64,000 bases of DNA. Source: Haliotis rufescens (lineage: Eukaryota). The stretch lies in contig NW_025963779.1 of the NCBI RefSeq assembly GCF_023055435.1, positions 13,888,001-13,952,000 of the forward strand, written 5' to 3'. The translations under genes were made by a program, and so were the position numbers. The notes under the pieces are model-generated. The model was not told the origin of the DNA and searched no databases. It was given only the letters and a program-made list of their open reading frames with translations. Positions within the stretch are counted from its first letter, which is position 1. Each line of letters opens with the position of its first letter. Positions 22,429-35,305 of the stretch are shown here, in pieces.

Positions 22429-24395
22429 CTATTTGAACAGTTTGAATTTCTTGAAATATTTCTGCACCTCCTGTTTTGTGTAGGGCTTAGCTGCCACACA
22501 TGTTGCAATGTCCTCTGGTTGCTCCATCCACAGTTTGTGCTGGATTCCATCTTGTGTCAAACTCTCCGATAATTCTCGGAGACTCTCTTCATTTTTAGCC
22601 TGAAAAAGAATTTTCCACTGTATGTTTAGGAGCATTACAATAGAAGATGGCAACTGTCACATACATGAGCTAGATGCATCACAGTTCAGGCTGGCTTCAG
22701 AGCATCTTTCAATGTTCAGTGGAAAACATGTAGCTGTAACTGGAGTTATCTCCCATGTATCACACGTCATTTGTTAAACACCATCGAGCTTGACCTACTG
22801 CAACAAATAATATAACAAACCTTGCTGGTGTAGCGGCCATAGAATTTCTGAGTCCCGTGATGGGGATCGAACCACTGACCTTCTGATGAGGTCGGACGCC
22901 TTGTCCACACGACCAAAGAGGTTAACCCCCCTTCAGCAAGCTGACAAGGTAAGGATGTCATCTGTGGGATGACTCCACGCCCTGCTACATACTCCCCCGT
23001 CAACAGAAGGCACGTCCCTAGCCGCATAGTAGGGTACTGAGACTTAGTTTGCTTAAATTTAATATGAACGTGCTCAGCCCCGCGTTGGGCGCCAATGTAG
23101 CAGCCATAAAATTTCTGAGTCCTGTGAAGGGATTCAAACCATGGATCTTCTGATCAGAGGTCAGACGCCTTGTCCACATGACCAAAGAGGTTAACCCCGT
23201 CAGCAGGCTGACAAGGTAAGGCATGTCATCTGTGGGATGACTCCATGCTCTGCTAGACTGGGTTAGACAGGCAAGATTGAGTAGCTTATTATGCTTATAA
23301 AGGGAGCTGCCACAAAGCTGGAATATTGCTGAGTGCAGTGTTATACAACAAATGAACAAAACAAATATAAATAGGAGCTAAGCTTAGTCCCAGCAAATTT
23401 GTCATTCAAAACTCACTTTATTTGTAAACATTTTTTATTGCAGATCAGTATTGCAGTTAATGATCACCCAGTTTGACAAAAGACACTAAATACAATGGTT
23501 AGGCCTTGACTGGAGGGGGCGCCAAACCATAAGGTTCCTCGATAACCAAGTTTATTATTTATCGTACTAATATTATCCATACTTATTCGAAAAAATTTGA
23601 GAAAATTTGGCAACGATGCAGTTTACCGGGTGCAGCTTACATAGCGCTAATTGGTTTAGGCTGCCATCTTGGGCTCAGCTGTGGCTCCAGCTTTACAGAT
23701 CTTGCGTGCCTCTTGGATGCTTAGGGTTAGTTGAGTGAGTGAGTGAGTATGGTTTTACACCGCTTTTAGCAATGTTTCAGCAATATCACGATGGGGGACG
23801 CCAAAAATGGGCTTCAAATATTGTACCCATATCGGGAATCGAACTCGGGTCTTTGGTGTGGCGAGCGAACGCTTTAAGCACTAGGCTATCCGACCGCCCC
23901 AGGGTTAGTTGAGTACAGTCAAGTCTCGTTAATCTGACATCGTTGGTTGCACATGATTGTGTCGGATTAACGAGTATGTCGGATTAACGGGACTAAATAG
24001 CACTGATTCAATCGGTTCCCATCATTTGTGTCGGATAAAGCCGAGTGTCGGATTAACGAGTGTCGGATTAACGAGACTTGACTGTAGTTGGTTACTCCCA
24101 ACTCCTTAGCCCTTGGTTCCCTTATCCAATCAAGCACCCCATTACGATCATCATTGTTAATGATTACATACTAGACTTGTTTGATGTTACATGAAATGTA
24201 ATTTACCTCCAGAATGACTTTATGCATGCTATCAAGATCGGATAAATACTGTTGAGTCACTTCATCTTGGTAAAACGTGTGTATTGCTGCAGTGCAAGCA
24301 TGACATGCTTGTGCGATTAGGGCACCAGTTGGCCATTTTAATGCACTAATCAAGTCACCCCTTACAACAACATACTGCACGATAGTCGAAGACAT
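22429..24395 (-). CDS. PTRHD1: Putative peptidyl-tRNA hydrolase PTRHD1; 2 exons, 119 aa
   Basis: Exons 24395-24207 and 22599-22429 (GT-AG, phase 0). Motifs VQYVVVRGDL, WPTGALIAQACHA, MHKVILE, HKLWMEQPE, C-terminal FKKFKLFK. Confidence 0.95.
22829..23257 (-). mobile_element. Complete TRIM (miniature LTR retrotransposon) with tRNA-containing LTRs, Helenus-like
   Basis: LTRs 23257-23096 and 22989-22829; PBS TGGCGCCCAACGCGGGGC (23094-23077); PPT GGGGGAGTA (22998-22990); 4-bp TSD CTGG. Confidence 0.9.
23737..23900 (-). mobile_element. SINE family A
   Basis: 14-bp TSD agggttagttgagt. Confidence 0.9.
23916..24084. mobile_element. Tc1/mariner-pogo type MITE
   Basis: TIR cagtcaagtctcgttaatc, TA TSD, internal gtcggattaacg repeats. 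Confidence 0.9.
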
Positions 24396-24800
24396 TTTTT
24401 AGTCTCTATGTACATCAATGTGACCGACCAAGTTTGATTAGCGTACAATGATCCACGTTTCTTGTGGAAGCTGCCATTATCATTCCGCAGAAATTGCCGG
24501 TCTTTAATTTGATTGGTTCAAACCGTATACTGTACTTGACAACATAAAGTGGTGACGTTCTTCGCAGAAGTGTATATGAAAATAAGCAGGTTGTGTTAAG
24601 GTAGGTCACATCTGGAACTTTACGATGCCGTAAGAGCCGTGTGCGCATCCAATCGTAGACGAAGGCATGTCTATACACCTTTGTCTCAGACTGGCCGGTG
24701 TTGTTTGAATTCTTTCCTATTGATAAATATTTGACACGCAGTGGAAAACACCGTGGTATCAGTCCATAAACACCCAACAGTCAACCTCAGCAGGTTATGG
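24396..24800. promoter_or_regulatory. Probable promoter region of PTRHD1, possibly shared with the + strand gene
   Basis: Repeat-free, relatively CpG-containing segment directly upstream of the PTRHD1 ATG; candidate + strand donors near 24601 and 24794. Positional inference only. Confidence 0.35.
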
Positions 24801-26743
24801 TAACATTGGTTTATTAGTAATCAGTATGAGTGTATTGTTTACAGTAGCATAGCACCATTGCAGCGTATTTTTTATATGACAGTTCTCTTAAGAGGTGTGC
24901 CACGGACTCTCTTTTTAGGCATTTTACTTATTTGTGTCTATTATTTTGAGATATACCCTTTTAGCCTAATTTGAAAGGAGACCTCAGTAACATATGGTCA
25001 TTAGATATTTAGACCCCAAGTAATGTTTACAATGTGTAATGATGTACCTGGTTTGACTTGATGCACACCCTGTGTTCATAGTATCAGTTGTTATCAATTT
25101 AGTATTATCAGTGATCATTGAACTTACATCTACTGTTGATAAGGTGATTTTAGATAGGCCTATATGTATGATATAGCAACAATAACGACATGTTTGCACA
25201 TTCACAAAAATGATTTCCTGGTATTTACTTTTTTTGTATCAATGTGTTTTTAAATGTTGAAAGTAATAATTGGAATGTTTTTGTCTTTTACATGTTTTTG
25301 GCTTGTTCAGCATGTCAACATGTTCCCATTGATAAATTTACTTGAAGCCCAGTGTCAGGTATTACTTACAGCCCCAGCTGTGGTATATACCATGCATACT
25401 CATTACTGACATGATTGCTGAATAAAGATCAGCTTATGCATCTTTTATTGCAACAGCTATTGTTGTGTGTGTTTCTTGCAAAGGAGACATGTCCTTTGAT
25501 ACCAGCTTTACAGATAAGCTGTGTATTTGCGTAAAAATATCGAGTGAAATACCATGTTTCTCTCATCGAGTGATGGTGGAAAGGAGATATTTTCATGAGT
25601 GGTGTAACCACAAGTGAATCTATCGCCATTTTCCCCATCACGAAATGAGAGAAACATGTTGTTTCACAAGACACACGGAATATCCTGTTTATTATATACT
25701 TTTTGTGTGGTTGTCTGCCAGAAAATTAGATTATTTCATTACAAATGTAGAACCTTTAAACCTAAATCTCCCAACCTTACACACAGACATTTCACCACTC
25801 CTTGTGTTAATTTGTGACTTAAAAAGTAGTTCCGTGTTTGCAAAATCTTAAAACATATAAACAAAAGTAACAAATAATATTTAGGGTCACAAAAAATCTT
25901 TATCATACTATTTTCATATGATCTTATACAAAATCAACTTCAACAAAATATATTCTTGAAATCTATGAGATCGCTATTAGAAGCGAAAGAATACACACTG
26001 GTCAAGCTACAAAAATGGCAATTTGTGAAAAGACCAGTCTCGACTGAGTTAAATGAGAAATTTACATCTTTTTACGAAACATTTTTAAGAGAATAACAAA
26101 TGTCAGGAAGTGATATTTACTGAAATTATTTTGCCTTAATGTGGAACTAATGTGAAAATGAAGTCAAGAGTTTGTGTACAGGCAAGACACTTACAAGCTC
26201 CTCACAGCAATATCACGGAGCTCTCTATACTATCGCTGCCAGCAGTGAGAGCTCCCCACTGTGAAAAATGGCTAAAATCATGCTTGGAGTTGAACTTGCA
26301 ACTGACTGACCGTTATGTTTACAAACAAGTGACCCAGAATACTTTTACCCCTGCTAATTTATTTTCTTAGTTTGACAAATTGAATTACTGTTTCATTACA
26401 ACTATCATGTAATTGGTATAGTAAGAATGTAAGGGGGAAGTTGGTTGATTTTCCTTTCGTGTGCAATCTCGAACCAATCTGATCAAACAAGCAAAAAGGT
26501 AATTCAAATGGGAAATATTGTCAGTCGTAAACCTTTGCAAAATAAACCGTGATGGCTTCCCAAAGACATAAACAAAAGTATAAACATTACTATATATTGG
26601 GTCAGAGGGCAAATTTCAAGATTCTTGTTATGGCCACACCCACACTGGTGGCAGCAATTTCACAGAGAGTGTAATGAATGTGTCACACGCTGGGAAGGAG
26701 CTAGAGACACTTACAATAAAGGGAGACAATTTGCAGGGAGGTA

Positions 26744-27072
26744 CCGTATTCAACGTAATAAGCGCCCCGCTCTAATAAGCGCCCAAGGTGATATTTGCTA
26801 ATATATTGGCATGTGAACAATCCCAATTAGCACCCCTTCTGATTGATCAATGTAAACAAGACTTATTCATTCGCGTTTAATACGGACTCCTGTGATATAT
26901 GCACCATTAATTATGGGCAATTAAATTCTGGAAAAAATATATCTGCCGTACATACTAGTATACATTTCAGGCTGTAAGCATAAACCACGAATTTATCTTT
27001 CAACTCTGTTTTTTTTCCACCAAAATAATATTTTAATAAGAGCGCCCTGGGCGCTGATTACGTCGAATACGG
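26744..27072. mobile_element. Pogo/Tc2-type MITE (CCGTA termini), copy 1
   Basis: TIR ccgtattcaacgtaataagcgccc, TA TSD. Confidence 0.85.
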
Positions 27073-27104
27073 TAACTCTTGTATGACAAAAGTTCTGTCA
27101 AATT

Positions 27105-27208
27105 GTTATGTTCACAACAGTGAAATATCAAGTGTTATGTTCACTGCAGTTAAATACCAAGTGTTAAGTTCACTGCAGTGAAATGTCAAGTGTTATGTTC
27201 ACTGCAGT
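27105..27208 (+). repeat. Short ~30-bp tandem repeat, ~3 units
   Basis: caagtgttatgttcactgcagtgaaat repeated. Confidence 0.8.
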
Positions 27209-27222
27209 AATTGATATACATT

Positions 27223-27636
27223 CAGAGCTCCAGATAACTTTTTGAGCAATTGAGTTTTTACTCTAGGGTTTCTATTTTAATTGGGTTACATTTTTCATTA
27301 ATATTTTTTCACTCATCTATTCATCACTCTGTCGGGTATTTCCCCAAAAGAGTGAACACTATAAGTTTTTAAAAAATGAAATGATATTTTAGATGTATAT
27401 AACTGTTCTAAATATATAGGCTTGACTCGGAAAGTAAATTATCTCGTAACTGTGTTTCGGAAATTAGCTCCTTTGTAGGCATGCTGACAAAGCTTCATTG
27501 GGTATTTATGCGAGCTGTTTTTATACATTTGAGTTTTTCATTTAATGCATGTGTTTCTGTACACAAATTCATATTTTTTTATTTTTTTTGCGGGGGGGGG
27601 GTATTTTAGGCAAATCTGCTGCTATCTGTAGCTCTG
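27223..27636. mobile_element. MITE with CAGAGCT TIRs; second copy, inverted relative to 21895-22335
   Basis: cagagctccagata...tatctgtagctctg; 6-bp TSD tacatt. Confidence 0.85.
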
Positions 27637-28484
27637 TACATTTTCATGTGTTGTACTTGGTTTGACCCAGACACTGATAAAAAATGTAGGGTGATGATCA
27701 TGATGCACTGTGTTTCATTATATAAAATATGTCTGATATAAAATAACATACCCTTCTGTCAACAATGGTCGTCTTTGAAATTAAGAATGAAAGTCTTAGG
27801 GTCATTTTTTACATAATTCTAATGGTTTGAATTAATTTTGTGGAGTCAATAAGTATTTTGACAGGACATCACAACTATATATGATTATGTGCCTCCAAAT
27901 CATGACTACAATAATTGGATCATGTTAATATTGTTAGTAAAAAGACATTGTGTGTTGTATGTCAATCTTAATTGTAGAGTGTTGTTCATTTCGTCCAAAT
28001 AGTAAACTCACAATTTATTTCCTGATAACTCAATATGATATAAATTTATGGGTCACATCTAGAATTATGGGTGATATTGTTTCAGTTTGGGGTCATACAA
28101 TGAACATGAGGTACTATATTGTTTATCATTTGGTTAGTCTTTATTAGTCCACAGTAGTTCTAGTTGTATTGGCAGCCTCATGTCAAGCTATTGTCACGGC
28201 ACTTGATGAAGTCAAAAATAACTACCTAGCATGAAGATCACAAATCTCTTTACAGTCCCTGAAACAAATATATAAATATAGCCCATACAAGTCTATAATA
28301 TTTGGCAAGTCTAGATTACTGCAGTATCTGAAAATGAAGATAGTCTCTGGGCTCCTTTTTATTATATTTTATAACTCTAATTTAACAACTGTAATAAATG
28401 TTCATATCAGAGACTAGATGTTAGTCAAGAAGATCACCTAAGTCTGTGAGAACCCAAAGTGTGTACATATTTATATCATATGTA

Positions 28485-28857
28485 CCGTATTCGACGTAAT
28501 AAGTGCCCGGGGCGCTCTCAAAATTAGAAATAGGGGGCTCTTATTAGAATATAATTTTGGTGAGAAAAAAAACAGAGCTGAAAGATTGTACATTTCGTAG
28601 TTTATGCTGACAGCCTGAAATGATACAAAAGAAAAGTATGTGCGTATCCTACACGACAGATATATATATTCCAGAATTTAATTGCCCATAATTAAGGGTG
28701 CATATAACACACGAGTGCGTATTATACAAAATCCAATAGGTCTTGTGTACATTGATAAATCGGAAGGGTGCTAATTGGGATTGTTCACTAGCCAATATAT
28801 AAGCAAATATCGCCGTGAGCGCTTATTAGAGCGGGGCGCTTATTACGTCGAATACGG
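28485..28857. mobile_element. Pogo/Tc2-type MITE, copy 2 (inverted)
   Basis: Same TIRs and body as 26744-27072; TA TSD. Confidence 0.85.
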
Positions 28858-29419
28858 TATATGCATTGTTATAGATTACCCTTCAAGGTATCAAAATGAA
28901 TGAATTAGAGTTAGTTTTAATTAACTCTAGGAATTTTCTGACATGGACCCTCTATCGTCTATGTGAACATTTGAAATATTCCAGAGGTATGCCCATACAA
29001 CACAATGTTAAAATGCCCCATTGTATTTGAAAATGTGGGAGCTAAAAGCACCCCACCCCACATGAAGTGTTACATGTCTAATAGAAATAACAATGCAATA
29101 GTGCACCGCTAGACATGCTAGAGAAACTGCCATGTGAACACATGTCTTGTAAGTGCATCAAATCCTGATAATGTCATTACGAGGAAGGAGATCCCATGGG
29201 GGCCCAGACATGCAACACATGCAGCTAATGAAACAGTCGTTATTCTCATTGACTCGGTGAAGATGGGTCTTCTATCACTTTGTGGAAGGTTTTGCTGTAA
29301 TTTATTGGACGAAACAGAGAATTGGTTTATTTTCAATGTTTTTAATGGTGTGATACTTTCACGATTGATGCAACTTGGTAGAAAAAAACTGACAATAGCA
29401 TATGTATCAAACAGGTATA

Positions 29420-29740
29420 CTGTATTCAACGTAATTAGCGCCAACGGTGATATTTGCTAATATATTGCCTTGTGAACAATCCCAATTAGCACCCCTTCCG
29501 ATTGATCAATGTACATAAGACTTATTCATTCGCGTATAATATGCACTCGTGTGTTCTAACCAACCTTAATTATGGGCAATTCTGGAAAGATATATTTGTC
29601 GGATATAAACATTTCAAGCTGTCAGCACAAAGCATGAAATGTATCTTTCTACTCTTTTTTTCCCACCAAAATAATATTCTAATAAGAGCCCCCTAATTCT
29701 AATTTTGAGAGCGCCCTGGGCGCTTATTACGCGAATATGG
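29420..29740. mobile_element. Pogo/Tc2-type MITE, copy 3
   Basis: Same family; TA TSD. Confidence 0.8.
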
Positions 29741-30179
29741 TATATGAAATATATATTTGTCATTTTATATGCCCCATTAGAATACTGGTTCTTGCTGCAT
29801 AATGTTTGGTAATTTGAGCCAGACATTTGCATGAATATAATCAGCTGATAATCATGATGATAAGAATGCACCTCAGCATTACCATGATTGCTCAACATGC
29901 TCAACGTATGTGATGTATTGAAATACAATTCATTCTACTGAATACATGAAAATGTAGTGTCCTATTGTCCCTGGTTTCAAGAATTTGTTGTCCATCTCTT
30001 CAAATTACTATCTGTGGTGCTGATCAGTCGTAGCCCTTGGCAGCTGCTATAGGCAGTGATTGAGTCCAGGGGTCCTTGACAGCTTAAGGATGCTCCTGTT
30101 ATAAGCTGAATCTAAGACTCTTTCAATCTGTAACATTCAGTGTTTGAGTTATGACAAGCACCCTTTGACTCTCTTCCTA

Positions 30180-30445
30180 TCCAGTAGTCTAAGGCGCCGC
30201 AGATTGCTGTGCAGAGTTGTCTTCCTTGGCCACGCCAGAAGCCTATCATTGTGATTTCGAATCCCGATTTGCCTCAATAATGTGATAATGTGCTTGGTTT
30301 GTCAGCACCATACTCATGTTTGTGGGTTCACCAAAGTGTTAAATGTCTCAGACCTGAATCACTTCTGGCTTTCTTCCCACATTAAGCTGACATGCTGTGG
30401 TATAACTGGAATACTGTTCAAAGCAGCGTTAAACCCAACTCAGTC
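30180..30445 (+). mobile_element. SINE family D (5'-degenerate)
   Basis: Similarity to 21306-21580. Confidence 0.75.
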
Positions 30446-30912
30446 ACACATCCTTAATTTTAAACGCTTATGACCCCAAGGTTTATTATGTTTAAAGCAG
30501 CTTGCTTGATGAATTTTTGAAAGTTCGATGCATTGAAGCTGATATCCCTCAAGTGATATGTCTCATTTATTCAGATTTGTGGTATTAAGGACATAAGAAA
30601 ACAGGGAAAATGTTTCTGTAGGTTTATTGTTTAGATTGTCTTAAGCATTCAGATGGAGCTGGATAAGTTGATATTCAAAAGGATAGGAATAATAAGTGGT
30701 GTAATGTTGATGGGCTATATATTGGAGTTGTCCATACCGCGATGGCAATACATGAATGGCATGTGAATGTGTTTGAGATAGCAACAGTTAAAATCTCAGC
30801 CATGTTACACTATTGATAGTAATGACTATCAATTGACGTAATGAAATGAGAAATAAATAGTGTTAATTCAATAATTGTTTACTTTCCCATTGAGTTTGAT
30901 TCAAAATACACT

Positions 30913-31457
30913 CATCTTCCTGAGGCAAGGAAGTTAACTGACCTTAAAAGTCCAGTTTCCACCCTTGCCGAACTAGGCTGGAATTTCTGGACTTGATCGT
31001 AGCACCAATAGTGGCTATTGCGAGATATGTCCCTTCTATGGCCCTCCTACTAACCAATCGGAGTCCACCTCTCATATCACTTGCATTTGCTACAAACAAA
31101 ATGGCTGCACACAGTGAAGAAGGTCTGATCGATAATCAAGATCTATATTGTAATGAAACGGGTCTTACTTCTCAAAGTGCGTCAAATCACGTGAGCAACT
31201 TGATTAAAAACATGAAAAGATTTGGAATATATCTGTTTATGCTAATTTGACAGAACACATGCTTTGCAAATCCTTCTGTCAACCGAAATCTACACTGCAG
31301 TTTACGAACCGGATGCCTATTAAGGTACCCGATTTTGATTGGATTATGCATGGACTCGTTAGTCCAGCCAAAATATAACTCCATAATTCCAGCCAAGATT
31401 GGCAAGGATGGAAGTTGGACTTTTATAGTCAGTTAAGTCCCTTGCCTTGGGAAGATG
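30913..31457. mobile_element. Non-autonomous DNA transposon with long TIRs and 9-bp TSD (MULE- or AcademH-like)
   Basis: TIR catcttcctgaggcaagg... / ...ccttgccttgggaagatg; TSD aaatacact. Confidence 0.8.
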
Positions 31458-31998
31458 AAATACACTTGGCTTGAACACAGTTGAAGAGTATTTAAATACT
31501 TTCAGAAAACATAACTTTGCAGCAGACAATGATCAGGTATCTCTATTAACTCCAAAGCAACTGGATACATTCATGATTTTGGTGACGTGTTAGGCTTCGT
31601 CATCATGTTGAATAATGCATCAACACTGGCAAGATAGTCTACTTCTCAAGCTATCTCATACATGATATAAGTACAACTTTTGCAAAAGTATCACAATAAT
31701 ACCCAAAAAAATAAGGCTGGATTTTTATTGGTGAGCCTCTGAGATATGTGAAAGCAGAGATGAACACTGTATAGTTATATAGTCTAATCATAATAATTAT
31801 TGATGTGTATTATGAAACTGAAGTAAAACCAGCCCTCATTAAAACATGGATTTGTCTCCATGGGCATGCTAGCCATTAATCAAGATATATATTCATGATC
31901 AGTAGTGGCTGACTAAAATAGACCAAAAGATCTTTAATCTTTCATCTTAATCCTAATACTTATGCTATCATTTAATAACCACTTAACCATGTTAAATA

Positions 31999-33330
31999 CC
32001 GTATATGACCGCGGATAAGCCGACCCCGTAGATAAGCCGAGGTGTTAACTTGACCATTGAAATACGAAAGAAAATGATATGACCCGCAGATAAGCCGAAT
32101 CAGGAATTGAAAGACAAAAAACACTGCGAAGTCGGACTGCAAGACATGTGCCGGTACTCGCAGATATTCAAAAATATAAGATGAAAAACGTTGTAATTAT
32201 ATTGAAAAAGTCATTATTATTTCTAATAAAGATTTAACAAACCAGTCATCCACTTTCAAAATGTGGGAAGCTGTTTCTCGTGTTTTTTTTAAATCTCATA
32301 ATGATCGTTATATGTTGCCATCAACAACCAAGCGCCATTTTGTGAATCGGTGTATATAGAATTATGAACCCGTGAGAAAATATATCAGCTGGAGCAAAGA
32401 CTCGCAGTTTGAATTCAGCATCGTAAGCATGGCGTTTTCGTCTAAAACTCATGATGAAAATGTCGTCAGTAAAAATATACCAACTTTTATAATCCCCTTT
32501 ACACCACTATTGTATGTTTATGCAATTGAATTAAATAAACTATCATACTATGAACACATTGAATGACCATCACTTACTCACAGGGTTCTCCAGTTTATTA
32601 AACTAATCTCTCGAAAACAAAGGAATTAAGCCCCTACTCCCAACACGATCGCTAAGCACCCACAACTTGAAAATGTTTGTGTAAACAACATGACATTATC
32701 AATCGGCCCGTAATTATCAGTGCTCATTTCCTTGTGTACCGTGTTGCTTTAAACAACAGGAAGCAATCACAGTGGTCACCGTTTGTGACGTCACAGGAAA
32801 CAGCTGATCACATGTTTTTGCAAATGGCGAACGAAATAACTCGCCGATACAGTTGTTTATTTGCCTCTTTCAATAAAGGTAGACACTTGTTCACTATCAC
32901 TTTATGAACAATGCAAAACGTACGTAATAGCTATTGGCGATTTTATCTGGGGATTATATATTATAGCTGTGAATTACATATATTGTTACATGTAAAGATT
33001 GTGGAGTTTACGAAGAACGATAAACTTTGAACATTCAATTGAAAACTTATTATCGGAAGTAGTAACATGCTTAACATTTTTTTAATAATGACAACATTGG
33101 TGTATAATAATAACTTTATTGATAATTTATAACAATAGTGGCTCTAGTCGTGGCAACTTCCAAACTTTCGGGAAGTTGTAATCTATCGGACCGTCATTCA
33201 GGCGATATTTCTGACAGATCACGATCTGAAAAATACTATCATGAAAGTGTATCCTGTGGATAAGCCGACCCCTTTCTACAGAATCTTTTTTCTGGTCCTC
33301 AAAATTCGGCTTATACGCGGCCATATACGG
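31999..33330. mobile_element. 1.3-kb non-autonomous pogo/Tc2-type transposon inserted in a tandem array
   Basis: TIR ccgtatatgaccgcggataagccga / tcggcttatacgcggccatatacgg; TA TSD. Confidence 0.85.
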
Positions 33331-33332
33331 TA

Positions 33333-33850
33333 CATGTTATGCTCTAGAGGACATCTTTCATCTTAATCCTAATACTTATGCTATCATTTAGTAACCACTT
33401 AACCATGTTAAATACGTGTTATACTCTAGAGGACATCTTTCATCTTAATCCTAATACTTATGCTATCATTTAGTAACCACTTAACCATGTTAAATACATG
33501 TTATGCTCTAGAGGACATCTTTCATCTTAATCCTAATACTTATGCTATCATTTAGTAACCACTTAACCATGTTAAATACATGTTATGCTCTAGAGGACAT
33601 CTTTCATCTTAAACCTAATACTTATGCTATCATTTAATAACCACTTAACCATGTTAAATACATGTTATGCTCTAGAGGACATCTTTCATCTTAATCCTAA
33701 TACTTATGCTATCATTTAGTAACCACTTAACCATGTTAAATACATGTTATGCTCTAGAGGACATCTTTCATCTTAATCCTAATACTTATGCTATCATTTA
33801 ATAACCACTTAACCATGTTAAATACATGTTATGCTCTAGAGGGCATCTTC
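33333..33850 (+). repeat. 82-bp tandem repeat (6+ units; one more partial unit at ~31938-31998)
   Basis: Unit catgttatgctctagaggacatctttcatcttaatcc...aaccatgttaaata. Confidence 0.95.
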
Positions 33851-34155
33851 CTTCATCTACAGTACATCTTTGTAATAACATCAAACAAGAGATAAAGGGA
33901 ACAGCCTATGTAACATATACTGGTAAGCTTCATAAACTGCTACTCCAAACCATGTATTTCAAAATAATAACAGTCATCTCTGCCACAATTTCAACTAATC
34001 TCTGTGCTTCAATGCTCTCATTCCTCAAACAAAGTTATCTTAGCGCTACAACTATCTGAAGCTTAGGTGATCTTAACACTACAAATATCTTGGGGTATGT
34101 AGGTGATAACGATAAGATCACTTTTGGGGACCTTGGACTGATCTCTTCTAAGTCG

Positions 34156-34405
34156 ACCCATGAAAATCCGTGTTACAATAGCTCTTCAGCAACCCATGCT
34201 TTCTATAAAAGATGACGATGCTTGTCATAAGGGGCGACTAAAGGGATCGGGAGGTCAAGCTTGCTGACTTGGTTGGCATGCCATCATATCCCAATTGCGT
34301 GGATGCTCATGATGTTAATCACTGGATTGTCTGACCCGGACTCGATTATTTACAGATCGCTGTCATTTAGCTAGAATATTGCTGAGTTTGGCCTTAAACA
34401 ACAAA
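34156..34405 (+). mobile_element. Family C short retroposon
   Basis: Similarity to 36441-36720. Confidence 0.75.
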
Positions 34406-34558
34406 CACTCATTCTATACCAGTAATTGCTGGTAAATGGAAACAAGGGCATTAAAGAGAGACTTTGGTAGGGGAATAGGCAGCCCCAGCCAGTTCTATTC
34501 AGCTTGTTTCAAGTTGTTCATGCTCCTATGTTTTGTCTGCCTAGTCACTTTTGGACAC

Positions 34559-34725
34559 GGGCGGTTGGGTAGCCTAGTGGTTAAAGCGTTTGCTCGTCAC
34601 GCCGAAGACCCGGGTTCGATTTCCGACATGGGTACAATGTGTGAAGCCCATTTCTGCTGTCCCCCGCCTTGATATTGCTGGAATATTGCTATAAAACGGC
34701 ATAAAACCATATTCACCCACTCACT
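34559..34725 (+). mobile_element. SINE family A
   Basis: Boxes A and B; TSD cttttggacac. Confidence 0.85.
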
Positions 34726-35305
34726 TTTGGACACACATATCATCATCACAGACAAAACCTTTGTGTCTAGCCCGAACTTGGTGCAAAGCACCATTATCAG
34801 TGGATTTTATATGGATTATTTTTATCTCAGCTTACCATGCTTACTAGACTGAACCCAGTTTGCTGGACTTGGGCTAGACTAGTTGCTGTCCTAGAGTGTT
34901 ATCAGTTAATGTCTGTCCCAATCATTGCTAACTACAGTAATATTTACACTGAGACAATGTCTGAACCTAGACCATGATGACATGGTAGACTGAAAATGGA
35001 CCAAATGGAAAAAAGGAGTGTGGGACATGTTTAGATGACATAAAAATCAACAAATGAACTCTGAAATGTTTTATGTGACGTGCAAATAACGACCCCTTCC
35101 ATGCTTACAGGCTCAGTGAAGTAGTGGTAATTATTGAGTATTGTTCAAAAGCCTTGAAATTTTTATTTGAATGTGTTATTTTCTTGCAGCATGTTTTGTT
35201 CGGCGATGTTGGGATTGTGACAATGTAAAGAAATGCAAGAGGATGAAACAGCATGCATAATGACTAGTACGAAACAGTGACTTCATCAGCGGTAGTAGCC
35301 TCAGT

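Noticed and set aside
24890-26640. Possible Kolobok/Harbinger-like element (ggtgtgcca ... tggccacacc)
   Set aside because: Terminal match is too short and no TSD was confirmed.
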